The notes beneath the pieces were generated by a model. The model had not been told where the DNA came from, did no database searches, and saw nothing but the letters and a program-made list of their open reading frames with translations. 64,000 nucleotides of DNA, taken from assembly GCF_022846255.1 (NCBI RefSeq), contig NZ_AP025682.1. One strand, written 5' to 3'. The position numbers were made by a program, and so were the translations under genes. Source of the DNA: Escherichia coli (GTDB lineage: Bacteria > Pseudomonadota > Gammaproteobacteria > Enterobacterales > Enterobacteriaceae). Below, one piece after another: positions 47,745 through 58,794 of this stretch. Numbering within the stretch: position 1 is the first letter of the stretch; every line of letters begins with the position of its first letter.

Positions 47745-48474
47745 ACACTCTGAACCCCGGATTCAGGAACGACTCGCGCGGAGTGTAATCCAGCGGTTTA
47801 CCCTGCCAGTCGTGAACGTGCGCTCCGGCAGCTGCAGCCACAGCATGACCAGCGGCGGTATCCCAAATATTCGTTGGCCCGAAACGCGGGTACAGCTGCG
47901 CCTGTCCTTCCGCCACCAGGCAGAATTTCAGCGAAGAGCCGATGGACGTGGTCTGATGTTCGCCAAGCTGTTGCAGATACTCTTTCAGCTCCGCATCTGC
48001 ATGGGAACGGCTGATCACCACCAGCGGCGGGCGCGCATCGCGGACCTGAATCTGCTTGCGCACACCGCACTCTTCTTTCCAGGCTTTGCCTTCTGCCGCG
48101 CTGTACATTACGTTCATTACCGGCGCATACACCACACCTAAAATCGGTTTACCGTGGTCGATGAGCGCAATGTTAACGGTGAATTCGCCATTACGTTTAA
48201 TAAACTCTTTAGTACCATCCAGCGGGTCTACCAGCCAGTAACGCTGCCAGTGCTGACGGACTTCCCAACCGGGAGGATCTTCTTCAGAAAGGACCGGAAT
48301 ATCCGGTGTCAGCGTACGTAAACCGTCCATGATAACGGTGTGAGCGGCAATATCCGCTGCCGTTACCGGAGAATTGTCCGCTTTGCTGACGACGTCCATC
48401 GGTTTCGTCCCGTCGTAGACCTGCATAATGGCATCGCCTGCATTCCGTGCAAGCTGGCATACTTGATCTAACAT
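47734..48474 (-). CDS. cysQ: 3'(2'),5'-bisphosphate nucleotidase
   Basis: 246-aa inositol-monophosphatase-family ORF (WLVDPLDGT motif). Confidence 0.93.
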   Translation of the reverse strand: MLDQVCQLARNAGDAIMQVYDGTKPMDVVSKADNSPVTAADIAAHTVIMDGLRTLTPDIPVLSEEDPPGWEVRQHWQRYWLVDPLDGTKEFIKRNGEFTVNIALIDHGKPILGVVYAPVMNVMYSAAEGKAWKEECGVRKQIQVRDARPPLVVISRSHADAELKEYLQQLGEHQTTSIGSSLKFCLVAEGQAQLYPRFGPTNIWDTAAGHAVAAAAGAHVHDWQGKPLDYTPRESFLNPGFRVSIY

Positions 48475-48663
48475 TTCTCCACCTCGTCTCTGTGAGCGGT
48501 GTTAACTTATTGTTTTACTTATACCCTATCGTTAATGAATGCGCCAACTGTGATAGTGTCATCATTTTCAAAGCGTAAAATTGTGGCATTCTTCACTGTT
48601 CTATAAGTAAGACGTTTATTCTCCCTTTTCTTTCGTATTCCCGATGATAAAAGGATGTCCCTG

Positions 48664-50607
48664 ATGATTAAGTTTAGCGCAACGCTCCTGGCCACGCTGA
48701 TTGCCGCCAGTGTGAATGCAGCGACGGTCGATCTGCGTATCATGGAAACCACTGATCTGCATAGCAACATGATGGATTTCGATTATTACAAAGACACCGC
48801 CACGGAAAAATTCGGACTGGTACGTACGGCAAGCCTGATTAACGATGCCCGCAATGAAGTGAAAAACAGCGTACTGGTCGATAACGGCGATTTGATTCAG
48901 GGGAGTCCGCTGGCAGATTACATGTCGGCGAAAGGATTAAAAGCAGGTGATATTCACCCGGTCTATAAGGCATTAAATACGCTGGACTATACCGTCGGCA
49001 CGCTTGGCAACCACGAGTTTAACTACGGTCTGGATTATCTGAAAAATGCGCTGGCGGGAGCGAAATTCCCTTATGTAAATGCCAACGTCATTGACGCCAG
49101 AACCAAACAGCCAATGTTTACACCGTATTTAATTAAAGACACCGAAGTGGTCGATAAAGACGGAAAAAAACAGACGCTGAAGATTGGTTATATTGGCGTC
49201 GTCCCGCCACAAATCATGGGCTGGGATAAAGCTAATTTATCCGGGAAAGTGACGGTGAATGATATTACCGAAACCGTGCGCAAATACGTGCCTGAAATGC
49301 GCGAGAAAGGTGCCGATGTCGTTGTCGTTCTGGCGCATTCCGGGCTGTCTGCCGATCCGTATAAAGTGATGGCGGAAAACTCAGTTTATTACCTCAGTGA
49401 AATTCCGGGCGTTAACGCCATTATGTTTGGCCATGCTCACGCCGTTTTCCCAGGTAAAGATTTTGCTGATATCGAAGGGGCTGATATCGCGAAAGGCACG
49501 CTGAATGGTGTTCCGGCGGTAATGCCAGGCATGTGGGGCGATCATCTTGGTGTGGTCGACTTACAACTCAGTAATGACAGCGGTAAATGGCAGGTGACGC
49601 AGGCGAAAGCGGAAGCACGGCCGATTTACGACATCGCGAATAAAAAATCCCTCGCGGCGGAAGACAGCAAGCTGGTAGAAACACTCAAAGCCGATCACGA
49701 TGCCACACGCCAGTTCGTCAGCAAGCCAATCGGTAAATCTGCCGACAATATGTATAGCTATCTGGCGCTTGTGCAGGACGATCCGACCGTGCAGGTGGTG
49801 AACAACGCGCAAAAAGCGTATGTCGAGCATTACATTCAGGGCGATCCGGATCTGGCAAAACTGCCAGTGCTTTCAGCTGCCGCACCGTTTAAAGTTGGTG
49901 GTCGCAAAAATGACCCGGCAAGCTATGTGGAGGTGGAAAAAGGCCAGTTGACCTTCCGTAATGCCGCCGATCTTTATCTCTACCCCAATACGCTGATTGT
50001 GGTGAAAGCCAGCGGTAAAGAGGTGAAAGAGTGGCTGGAGTGCTCCGCCGGACAGTTTAACCAGATTGATCCTAACAGCACGAAACCACAGTCACTCATC
50101 AACTGGGATGGTTTCCGCACCTATAACTTTGATGTTATTGATGGTGTGAATTATCAGATTGATGTTACCCAGCCCGCCCGTTATGACGGCGAGTGCCAGA
50201 TGATTAATGCCAATGCGGAAAGGATTAAGAACCTGACCTTTAACGGCAAGCCGATTGATCCGAACGCCATGTTCCTCGTTGCCACCAATAACTATCGCGC
50301 TTACGGCGGCAAATTTGCCGGTACGGGCGACAGCCATATCGCTTTTGCTTCACCGGATGAGAACCGCTCGGTGCTGGCAGCGTGGATTGCTGATGAGTCG
50401 AAACGTGCGGGGGAAATTCACCCGGCGGCAGATAACAACTGGCGTTTAGCACCAATAGCTGGCGATAAGAAACTGGATATCCGTTTCGAAACCTCTCCGT
50501 CAGATAAAGCCGCAGCGTTTATTAAAGAGAAAGGGCAGTATCCGATGAATAAAGTCGCGACCGATGATATCGGGTTTGCGATTTATCAGGTGGATCTGAG
50601 TAAGTAA
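48664..50607 (+). CDS. cpdB: 2',3'-cyclic-nucleotide 2'-phosphodiesterase / 3'-nucleotidase (periplasmic)
   Basis: 647 aa from ATG at 48664; signal peptide; calcineurin-like metallophosphoesterase motifs (GNHEFN). Confidence 0.93.
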
Positions 50608-50620
50608 AACACTTCTTTTT

Positions 50621-50735
50621 CGGCCTACAAATCATCAACCGCATCCGGCATTTATTGGCGGATGCGATGCTGACGCATCTTATCCGCCCTACAAGCCATG
50701 AACCGTAGTCCGGATAAGCGCAGCGCATCCGGCAG
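50621..50735. repeat. REP elements
   Basis: cggcctacaa...gcatccggca, gcggatgcgatgctgacgcatcttatccgccctaca, gtccggataagcgcagcgcatccggca. Confidence 0.75.
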
Positions 50736-51116
50736 TTATGCCGCACGTTCATCCCGCACCGCTAACACCTCGGGCAAATTCAACTCAATCCAGTCCGCCA
50801 GTGCAGCAACCTTTTCGCTCACCTGCTCGCCCAGCGGCGTGAGGCTATATTCCACATGCGGCGGCACCACCGGATACGCGATACGGTTAAGAAAACCATC
50901 CTGCTCTAGCGCCTGTAACGACTGCGCAAGCATCTTTTCACTCACCCCGCCGATTTTGCGCCGCAGGTCGCTAAAGCGATGAGTACCTTCGCGTAGCGCC
51001 ACCAGAATCAACACCCCCCAACGGCTGGTGACGTGTTTCAAAACCTCGCGCGACGGACACTGTTCAGCGAAGAGATTTCCCTCTTTGAGTTGTTGCGACA
51101 GGCTAACCTGACTCAT
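50736..51116 (-). CDS. ytfH: HxlR-family transcriptional regulator YtfH
   Basis: 126 aa from ATG at 51116 (MSQVSLSQQLKEG...); track ORF starts 37 codons upstream. Confidence 0.85.
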   Translation of the reverse strand: MSQVSLSQQLKEGNLFAEQCPSREVLKHVTSRWGVLILVALREGTHRFSDLRRKIGGVSEKMLAQSLQALEQDGFLNRIAYPVVPPHVEYSLTPLGEQVSEKVAALADWIELNLPEVLAVRDERAA

Positions 51117-51139
51117 TTCATACTTACCTTTTTGTATGT

Positions 51140-51156
51140 ACTTACTAAAAGTAAGT
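51140..51156. promoter_or_regulatory. Palindromic candidate operator between divergent ytfH and qorB
   Basis: ACTTACT-aaa-AGTAAGT (7-bp perfect arms); additional tacttac copy at 51121. Confidence 0.4.
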
Positions 51157-51204
51157 TTAAGTGTTAGCGTATTTAAACACAAGACAAAACGATGGAGACT
51201 TCCC

Positions 51205-52065
51205 ATGATCGCTATTACTGGTGCCACTGGCCAACTTGGTCACTATGTTATTGAATCCTTGATGAAAACGGTTCCTGCCAGCCAAATAGTGGCTATCGTT
51301 CGTAATCCGGCAAAAGCACAGGTACTGACAGCACAAGGCATTACCGTGCGTCAGGCTGATTACGGCGATGAAGCCGCACTGACATCTGCGCTTCAGGGAG
51401 TGGAAAAACTACTGCTGATCTCTTCCAGCGAAGTGGGTCAACGTGCCCCGCAGCATCGTAATGTTATTAATGCCGCAAAGGCGGCCGACGTGAAATTTAT
51501 CGCTTATACCAGCCTGCTACATGCCGATTCCTCCCCGCTCGGCCTCGCCGATGAGCACATTGAGACGGAGAAAATGCTGGCTGATTCTGGCATCGTTTAC
51601 ACTCTGCTGCGCAACGGCTGGTACACCGAAAACTACCTCGCCAGCGCCCCGGCAGCACTGGAACACGGCGTATTTATCGGTGCCGCGGGCGATGGCAAAA
51701 TTGCCTCAGCAACGCGGGCTGATTATGCGGTAGCTGCGGCGCGCGTAATTAGCGAAGCCGGTCATGAAGGCAAGGTTTACGAACTGGCGGGCGATAGTGC
51801 CTGGACACTGACACAGTTAGCGGCAGAACTCACCAAACAGAGCGGCAAACCGATTACCTATCAAAACCTGAGCGAAGCCGATTTCGCTGCGGCACTGAAA
51901 AGCGTCGGACTGCCTGATGGACTGGCGGATATGCTGGCGGATTCTGACGTTGGCGCATCGAAAGGCGGTCTGTTTGATGACAGCAAAACGCTTAGCAAAT
52001 TGATTGGCCGCCCAACGACAACGTTAGCCGAAAGCGTAAGCCATCTTTTTAATGTTAATAACTAG
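51205..52065 (+). CDS. qorB: NAD(P)H:quinone oxidoreductase QorB (YtfG), NmrA-like
   Basis: 286 aa from ATG at 51205 (MIAITGATGQLG Rossmann motif). Confidence 0.9.
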   Translation: MIAITGATGQLGHYVIESLMKTVPASQIVAIVRNPAKAQVLTAQGITVRQADYGDEAALTSALQGVEKLLLISSSEVGQRAPQHRNVINAAKAADVKFIAYTSLLHADSSPLGLADEHIETEKMLADSGIVYTLLRNGWYTENYLASAPAALEHGVFIGAAGDGKIASATRADYAVAAARVISEAGHEGKVYELAGDSAWTLTQLAAELTKQSGKPITYQNLSEADFAAALKSVGLPDGLADMLADSDVGASKGGLFDDSKTLSKLIGRPTTTLAESVSHLFNVNN

Positions 52066-52172
52066 TTAATTAAAGTGGCATCCTCCCGCATCCTCTCTGA
52101 TAATGACGGGATGCCGGGAGCAATCATGTCTGCTTCCTGAACTTTCTTCTGACAGACCAATGGATGCCAGTA

Positions 52173-53138
52173 ATGATTAGCGGCGTGCTGTACGCCCTGT
52201 TAGCAGGGTTGATGTGGGGGCTTATTTTTGTCGGGCCGTTGATCGTACCGGAATACCCGGCGATGTTGCAGTCGATGGGGCGTTACCTGGCGCTAGGGTT
52301 AATTGCGCTGCCCATTGCCTGGCTGGGACGCGTGCGTCTGCGTCAGTTGGCGCGTCGCGACTGGCTTACCGCCTTGATGCTCACCATGATGGGCAACCTT
52401 ATCTATTACTTCTGCCTTGCAAGTGCCATTCAACGTACTGGCGCGCCTGTTTCCACGATGATTATCGGCACCCTGCCGGTGGTGATTCCCGTTTTTGCCA
52501 ATCTGCTTTATAGCCAGCGCGACGGCAAACTCGCATGGGGAAAACTCGCCCCGGCACTGGTTTGTATTGGCATCGGCCTGTCGTGTGTGAATATTGCTGA
52601 GTTAAACCACGGACTCCCCGATTTTGACTGGGCACGTTATACCTCAGGCATCGTGCTAGCGTTAGTTTCCGTGGTCTGCTGGGCATGGTATGCCCTGCGC
52701 AACGCCCGCTGGCTGCGGGAAAATCCCGACAAACATCCGATGATGTGGGCGACGGCGCAGGCGCTGGTCACGCTGCCGGTTTCTCTCATCGGCTATCTCG
52801 TCGCCTGTTGCTGGCTGAATATGCAAACGCCGGACTTCTCCTTACCCTTTGGCCCCCGTCCGCTGGTGTTTATTAGTCTGATGGTTGCGATAGCCGTGCT
52901 TTGCTCATGGGTTGGCGCACTCTGCTGGAACGTCGCCAGCCAGAGATTACCGACAGTGATTCTCGGGCCGCTGATTGTTTTCGAAACGCTGGCAGGTTTG
53001 CTGTACACCTTTTTACTCCGCCAGCAAATGCCGCCGCTAATGACGCTGAGCGGTATCGCGCTGTTAGTGATTGGCGTGGTCATCGCGGTCAGAGCAAAAC
53101 CAGAAAAACCTTTAACTGAATCTGTCTCAGAAAGTTGA
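52173..53138 (+). CDS. ytfF: Inner-membrane EamA-like transporter YtfF
   Basis: Polytopic ORF; start placed at ATG 52173 (321 aa); ATG at 52164 is an in-frame alternative. Confidence 0.85.
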   Translation: MISGVLYALLAGLMWGLIFVGPLIVPEYPAMLQSMGRYLALGLIALPIAWLGRVRLRQLARRDWLTALMLTMMGNLIYYFCLASAIQRTGAPVSTMIIGTLPVVIPVFANLLYSQRDGKLAWGKLAPALVCIGIGLSCVNIAELNHGLPDFDWARYTSGIVLALVSVVCWAWYALRNARWLRENPDKHPMMWATAQALVTLPVSLIGYLVACCWLNMQTPDFSLPFGPRPLVFISLMVAIAVLCSWVGALCWNVASQRLPTVILGPLIVFETLAGLLYTFLLRQQMPPLMTLSGIALLVIGVVIAVRAKPEKPLTESVSES

Positions 53139-53245
53139 CACGCTGGCAGTGAGTTAAATAAGCCTCTGCTACGTAAGGGTTATAGCTTTTGCCTTAAAGA
53201 TGCATTTAAAATGCATCTTATCTTATTAAGAATGAGGTATCAGCT

Positions 53246-53908
53246 ATGGCTTATCGCGACCAACCTTTAGGTGAACTGGCGCTCTCTATTCCTCGCGCTT
53301 CGGCTCTGTTTCGTAAATATGATATGGATTACTGCTGTGGCGGTAAGCAGACGCTGGCGCGCGCGGCGGCACGTAAAGAACTGGATGTTGACGTCATTGA
53401 AGCCGAACTGGCAAAGCTTGCTGAACAACCGATTGAGAAAGACTGGCGTAGCGCCCCGCTGGCGGAAATCATCGACCACATTATTGTGCGCTATCACGAT
53501 CGCCATCGCGAGCAGCTGCCGGAGCTGATCCTGCAAGCGACTAAAGTCGAGCGCGTTCACGCCGACAAACCAAGTGTGCCAAAAGGGCTGACAAAATACC
53601 TGACTATGCTGCATGAAGAGCTTTCCAGCCACATGATGAAAGAAGAGCAAATTCTCTTCCCGATGATTAAACAAGGCATGGGCAGCCAGGCAATGGGGCC
53701 AATCAGCGTAATGGAAAGCGAGCACGATGAAGCGGGCGAACTGCTGGAAGTGATCAAACACACCACCAATAACGTCACACCGCCGCCGGAAGCCTGCACC
53801 ACCTGGAAAGCGATGTATAACGGCATTAATGAACTGATTGATGACCTGATGGAGCACATCAGTCTGGAAAACAATGTACTATTCCCGCGCGCGCTGGCGG
53901 GTGAGTGA
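53246..53908 (+). CDS. ytfE: Iron-sulfur cluster repair di-iron protein YtfE (RIC)
   Basis: 220-aa ORF with hemerythrin-like His/Glu motifs. Confidence 0.93.
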   Translation: MAYRDQPLGELALSIPRASALFRKYDMDYCCGGKQTLARAAARKELDVDVIEAELAKLAEQPIEKDWRSAPLAEIIDHIIVRYHDRHREQLPELILQATKVERVHADKPSVPKGLTKYLTMLHEELSSHMMKEEQILFPMIKQGMGSQAMGPISVMESEHDEAGELLEVIKHTTNNVTPPPEACTTWKAMYNGINELIDDLMEHISLENNVLFPRALAGE

Positions 53909-53915
53909 TCTAAAA

Positions 53916-53940
53916 GCTGGATGGCATTGCGCCATCCAGC
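53916..53940. terminator. Terminator between convergent ytfE and cycA (T-run on minus strand)
   Basis: gctggatggc-attgc-gccatccagc perfect 10-bp stem; AAAA upstream on plus strand. Confidence 0.75.
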
Positions 53941-53952
53941 ATGATAATGCGG

Positions 53953-55365
53953 TTATTTCCGCAGTTCAGCAGCCCGCTTCTTACCAATAAACAGCCAGCC
54001 CAGCCCCAGCGCGATAAACCACAGCGGGGTAACCAGCAGCGCCTGGTGGGTGTCATCTTCCAGTGTCAACAACACCAGAACAAACACAAAGAACGCCATA
54101 CATACCCAGCACATCAGCTTGCCGAGTGGCATCTTGTAGATCGACTTCTCATGCAGATGAGGACGCTGTTTGCGATACACCAGGTACGAGCAAAGGATAA
54201 TCGTCCAGACAAACATAAACAGAATCGCGGAAACGGTTGTAATCATCGTGAACGCGCCAATCACGCTGGGATTCACATACAACATCACCACGCCGCCGAG
54301 CAGACAGATACAAGAGAAGGTCAGCCCTTTCGCGGGTACTGCGCGCTTAGAGAGTTTAGCGAACGCTTTCGGTGCCACACCTTCCTGGGCCAGGCCAAAC
54401 AGCATACGGCTGGTAGAGAAGACACCGCTGTTAGCGGAAGACGCCGCAGAGGTCAGCACCACAAAGTTGATCACGCTGGCAGCCGCAGGCAAACCTACCA
54501 ACACAAACAGTTCAACGAACGGGCTTTTCTCCGGGACTACCGAACTCCACGGCGTCACGGACATAATCACAATCAGCGAGAAGACGTAGAACATAATGAT
54601 ACGGATCGGAATGGAGTTAATCGCGCGTGGCAGTGATTTCTCCGGATCTTTGGTTTCCGCAGCTGTTGTACCTACCAGCTCAATCCCCACGAAAGCGAAA
54701 ACCGCTATCTGGAATCCGGCAAAGAAGCCGCTTAAGCCTTTCGGGAACCAGCCGCCGTCATTCCACAAATGTGTAAATGATGCTTCCACACCGGTCGGTG
54801 ACTGAAAGTGCATCGCCACCATGACCAGGCCGACAACAATCAGCGACACGATGGCGACGATTTTGATCATCGCAAACCAGAACTCCATCTCACCGAACAT
54901 TTTTACCGTGGCGAGGTTTAGAACCAGTAACAGAATGATCACGGATAACGAAGCAACCCAGTCAGAAAGCCCAGGGAACCAGAATTGCGCATAGGCGGTA
55001 ATGGCAACCACATCTGCCATACCGGTTACAACCCAGCAGAACCAGTAAGTCCAGCCGGTGAAATATCCTGCCCACGGCCCGAGTAAATCGGAAGCGAAGT
55101 CACTAAAAGATTTGTATTCCAGATTCGAAAGCAGCAATTCCCCCATTGCCCGCATCACGAAAAAGAGCATAAAACCGATGATCATATAAACGAAAATGAT
55201 CGACGGCCCGGCAAGGCTAATCGTTTTGCCGGACCCCATAAACAACCCTGTACCAATGGCACCGCCAATGGCAATAAGCTGAATATGTCGGTTTGTGAGA
55301 TTGCGCCGTAGCGACTGTTCAGCCGGAGCCTGATCATCGGCAACGACTTTTACCTGATCTACCAT
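53953..55365 (-). CDS. cycA: D-serine/D-alanine/glycine:H+ symporter (APC family)
   Basis: 470-aa 12-TM amino-acid permease ORF. Confidence 0.94.
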   Translation of the reverse strand: MVDQVKVVADDQAPAEQSLRRNLTNRHIQLIAIGGAIGTGLFMGSGKTISLAGPSIIFVYMIIGFMLFFVMRAMGELLLSNLEYKSFSDFASDLLGPWAGYFTGWTYWFCWVVTGMADVVAITAYAQFWFPGLSDWVASLSVIILLLVLNLATVKMFGEMEFWFAMIKIVAIVSLIVVGLVMVAMHFQSPTGVEASFTHLWNDGGWFPKGLSGFFAGFQIAVFAFVGIELVGTTAAETKDPEKSLPRAINSIPIRIIMFYVFSLIVIMSVTPWSSVVPEKSPFVELFVLVGLPAAASVINFVVLTSAASSANSGVFSTSRMLFGLAQEGVAPKAFAKLSKRAVPAKGLTFSCICLLGGVVMLYVNPSVIGAFTMITTVSAILFMFVWTIILCSYLVYRKQRPHLHEKSIYKMPLGKLMCWVCMAFFVFVLVLLTLEDDTHQALLVTPLWFIALGLGWLFIGKKRAAELRK

Positions 55366-55673
55366 GTTTTTTTCTTCCTGTACCTGTCTGTGTTGTTCAG
55401 GCTCTACGGCCTTTAGTCAGTCTATGATACGACGAATCTGTATCGGGACTCATCGATATTAGGTAACAATACGCGGGATGAATACTAAGATTTAGATCTA
55501 ATGTTAATTTTATGTTTAAAGTGAGTGTCATATCACGGTGATAACGCGAAACAGCTCACAAAAATACACGCTTACAGGGGCTTTGCAACATAAAATAGCG
55601 CCGTTTGGCAAACTGAAGGGTTTATTGCTGAATGCCTGCTCCCCTCTGGTTCGAGGGGAACAGAATGCGCTGC

Positions 55674-56294
55674 TTAGAGGATTTCCAGCAGTTCGACTTC
55701 AAACACCAGGGTGCTGAACGGAGGGATGGACGCGCCTGCGCCACGCTCGCCATATGCCAGTTCCTGCGGGATAGTCAGTTCCCATTTAGAACCTACCGGC
55801 ATCAGAGTCAGTGCTTCAATCCAGCCAGGGATCACGCCGTTAACCGGGAATTCAGCTGGCTCGCCGCGAGCAACGGAGCTGTCAAACACGGTGCCGTCGA
55901 TCAGTTTTCCGGTGTAATGAACACGAACGCGGTCGGTACGTGCCGGAATTGCGCCTTCGCCCTGGTTGATCACGCGGAATTGCAGGCCAGATTCGGTGCT
56001 ATTTACACCTTCTTTTTTGGCGTTTTCTTCCAGGTATTTCACACCTTCAGCAGCCATCGCCTGGAAACGCTGACGACGAACGGCATCGGCGCGTTCGTGG
56101 ATTTCACGCAGCGCGCGGTGCACCACATCAACCGGAACAGCCGGATGTTTGCCTTCCAGCGCATCGGCAATGCCTGCAACCAGAGCTTCTGGCAGCAGCC
56201 CTTCCAGGCCAGATTCACTCAGTTGTTGCCCTACCTGCAAACCAATGCCGTAGCTTGCTTGCGCTTCGATGGTGTCAAAAGTTGGGGTGGTCAT
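55674..56294 (-). CDS. fklB: FKBP-type peptidyl-prolyl cis-trans isomerase FklB
   Basis: 206 aa from ATG at 56294 ([12 protein letters not shown]...); track ORF extends 53 codons upstream. Confidence 0.92.
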
Positions 56295-56511
56295 CGTATT
56301 TCCTTTCTTAGGGTATAAAGTAGCGGGCAGCATATCAGCCACACTTCTTTGGGTAAAACTTTGTCGCGGGAATGATGACAAATCCCGGGGAAAAAGAAAC
56401 AATAGCAATATCCCGTATGAATATAATAAAGGCGGGTTTACCACGGACATCATAGCGTTAGCTTATTCATAGGCTATGATTGAGGAACAAGACGCGGAGC
56501 AGGAGGAAACC

Positions 56512-57150
56512 ATGCCCGGGCGCTTTGAACTAAAACCAACCCTGGAGAAAGTCTGGCACGCGCCGGACAATTTTCGCTTCATGGACCCGCTGCCGCCGAT
56601 GCATCGTCGGGGGATCATTATTGCCGCCATTGTATTGGTGGTCGGATTTCTGCTTCCATCTGATGATACGCCCAACGCGCCGGTGGTGACGCGTGAAGCG
56701 CAGTTAGATATTCAGTCGCAATCACAACCACCGACAGAAGAACAGCTGCGGGCGCAATTAGTCACGCCACAAAATGATCCTGATCAGGTGGCTCCGGTCG
56801 CTCCAGAACCAATACAGGAAGGCCAACCAGAAGAGCAGCCGCAAACCACCCATACGCAACCATTCCAGCCAGATAGCGGAATTGATAATCAATGGCGCTC
56901 CTATCGTGTCGAACCCGGTAAAACGATGGCGCAGCTGTTCCGCGACCACGGACTGCCCGCTACCGATGTCTATGCCATGGCGCAGGTAGAAGGCGCGGAT
57001 AAGCCACTGAGTAATTTGCAAAACGGGCAGATGGTGAAAATCCGCCAGAACGCCAGCGGCGTGGTGACGGGCTTAACCATTGATACGGGGAATAATCAAC
57101 AGGTCCTGTTTACCCGCCAGCCGGATGGCAGTTTTATTCGCGCGCGGTAG
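56512..57150 (+). CDS. ytfB: Cell-division/peptidoglycan-associated protein YtfB (OapA-like, Pro/Gln-rich linker)
   Basis: 212 aa from ATG at 56512 with AGGAGGA RBS. Confidence 0.9.
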   Translation: MPGRFELKPTLEKVWHAPDNFRFMDPLPPMHRRGIIIAAIVLVVGFLLPSDDTPNAPVVTREAQLDIQSQSQPPTEEQLRAQLVTPQNDPDQVAPVAPEPIQEGQPEEQPQTTHTQPFQPDSGIDNQWRSYRVEPGKTMAQLFRDHGLPATDVYAMAQVEGADKPLSNLQNGQMVKIRQNASGVVTGLTIDTGNNQQVLFTRQPDGSFIRAR

Positions 57151-57781
57151 ATGAAGGGTCAACCAAAAGCCAGCTAAGGATCGTCTCTTTGATGACCTTA
57201 CGTCTGGCTTCCAGTGCCTGCGGTGAAACCATACTGATGTGATAAACCAGACCAAGCGTATGCTGGTTGATCAAATAATATCCCCCAAGCGCAGCAATAT
57301 TAATATTCACCTGCAATGGGTCGATATCTGGCTTAAAAATATTGTTTTTCTTCCCTTCATCCAATAAGGATTCCATTAACTGCAAGTGCGCATGGTTAAT
57401 TTCTAAAAGACGCTGTGACTTTGCATAATGCACACCCTTACTTTGATTTTCACTATGCACAATTTTTAAAAACCAGGGATTAGAAATATAATAATCCCAT
57501 GTAAAATCGATTATTTTCTCAATGGCTTTCTGTGGCGGAAGATCTGAGAAATCAAGGGCCTTTTCTTTTTGTCGAATATCGTTCCAGGTATATTCCAGTA
57601 CTTCGATAAATAAATTTTCTTTATTACCAAAGTGGTGATAAACCGTCTGTTTACTGCACCCCGCGGCCTTGACGATATTATCGACTCTGGCCCCTTCGTA
57701 ACCATATTCGGCAAATTCATTAACCGCGCATAACAGCAGCTTTTCTTTCAGGCTCTGTACGTTGCTGGTATCAAGATACAT
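57134..57781 (-). CDS. TetR-family transcriptional regulator (accessory)
   Basis: 215 aa from ATG at 57781 (ORF extends to 57853); Tet[45 protein letters not shown]; ~40% GC. Confidence 0.8.
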   Translation of the reverse strand: MYLDTSNVQSLKEKLLLCAVNEFAEYGYEGARVDNIVKAAGCSKQTVYHHFGNKENLFIEVLEYTWNDIRQKEKALDFSDLPPQKAIEKIIDFTWDYYISNPWFLKIVHSENQSKGVHYAKSQRLLEINHAHLQLMESLLDEGKKNNIFKPDIDPLQVNINIAALGGYYLINQHTLGLVYHISMVSPQALEARRKVIKETILSWLLVDPSSTARE

Positions 57782-57903
57782 AACGCTTCCCCACGACCTC
57801 TTCGTGGTGACTATCATAACCTGATTTGATTTCAGCTTCAGAAAAAAGGGCAAAAACTTGTACTTTCATCAGGTTATCAAATGTCCTGTGATCGCCATCG
57901 CAT

Positions 57904-57925
57904 ATCAACCAACTAGATGGTTGAT
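57904..57925. promoter_or_regulatory. Perfect palindrome, candidate operator of the TetR-controlled divergon
   Basis: ATCAACCA-actaga-TGGTTGAT, 8-bp perfect arms, ~70 bp upstream of the SDR gene ATG. Confidence 0.45.
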
Positions 57926-57993
57926 CTTTTTATCCTCCAGTCGCAAGCTAATCATCACTAAGGAAACAAAATTCAAAAAAAGAGAGCTATTGT

Positions 57994-58785
57994 ATGAAAT
58001 CCACTCGTCCTGTTGCCGTGATTACCGGAGCCGCACGTGGTATTGGAAAGGGCTGTGCGCTGGAGCTTGCGCGTGGCGGATTTAATCTGCTGATTAATGA
58101 TCGTCCGGATGCGGATAGCGTAGAAAAATTACATGCCACACAACAAGAATGTCTGGCGGAAGGCGTGGAAGTGATTTGCTTCCCTGCTGATGTGGGCGAT
58201 CTCTCCCTGCATGAAGAGATGCTCGACGCAGCGCAAAACCAGTGGGGACGTCTGGACTGCCTGCTCAACAACGCAGGCATTTCAGTGAAAAAACGCGGTG
58301 ACCTTCTCGACCTCGAACCAGACAGCTTCGACCAAAATATTGCCATTAACACCCGCGCACCGTTCTTCCTTGCTCAGGCATTCAGTAAGCGCTTACTGGC
58401 ACAGCCGAAACCGGAAGCAGAACTGCCGCACCGCTCGATTATTTTCGTCAGTTCCATCAACGCCATCATGCTGGCGATGAATCGCGGCGAATATACCATT
58501 GCCAAAACTGCCGTCTCTGCCGCTGCTCGTCTGTTTGCTGCTCGCCTTTGTAATGAACAAATTGGCGTATATGAAGTGCGTCCTGGTCTCATCAAAACCG
58601 ATATGACTATTCCGGCAACGGCCTATTACGACGAACTGATTGCCAAAGGTCTGGTGCCGTGGGGACGTTGGGGTTATCCGGCTGATATTGCTTCCACTGT
58701 CCGCGCGATGGCGGAAGGTAAACTGATTTACACCTGTGGTCAGGCGGTCGCCATCGACGGCGGCTTAAGTATGCCGCGCTTCTGA
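57994..58785 (+). CDS. Short-chain dehydrogenase/reductase (SDR) family oxidoreductase
   Basis: 263-aa ORF; TGAARGIG cofactor motif and YxxxK catalytic motif (YTIAK). Confidence 0.85.
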   Translation: MKSTRPVAVITGAARGIGKGCALELARGGFNLLINDRPDADSVEKLHATQQECLAEGVEVICFPADVGDLSLHEEMLDAAQNQWGRLDCLLNNAGISVKKRGDLLDLEPDSFDQNIAINTRAPFFLAQAFSKRLLAQPKPEAELPHRSIIFVSSINAIMLAMNRGEYTIAKTAVSAAARLFAARLCNEQIGVYEVRPGLIKTDMTIPATAYYDELIAKGLVPWGRWGYPADIASTVRAMAEGKLIYTCGQAVAIDGGLSMPRF

Positions 58786-58794
58786 GGCTGAATC

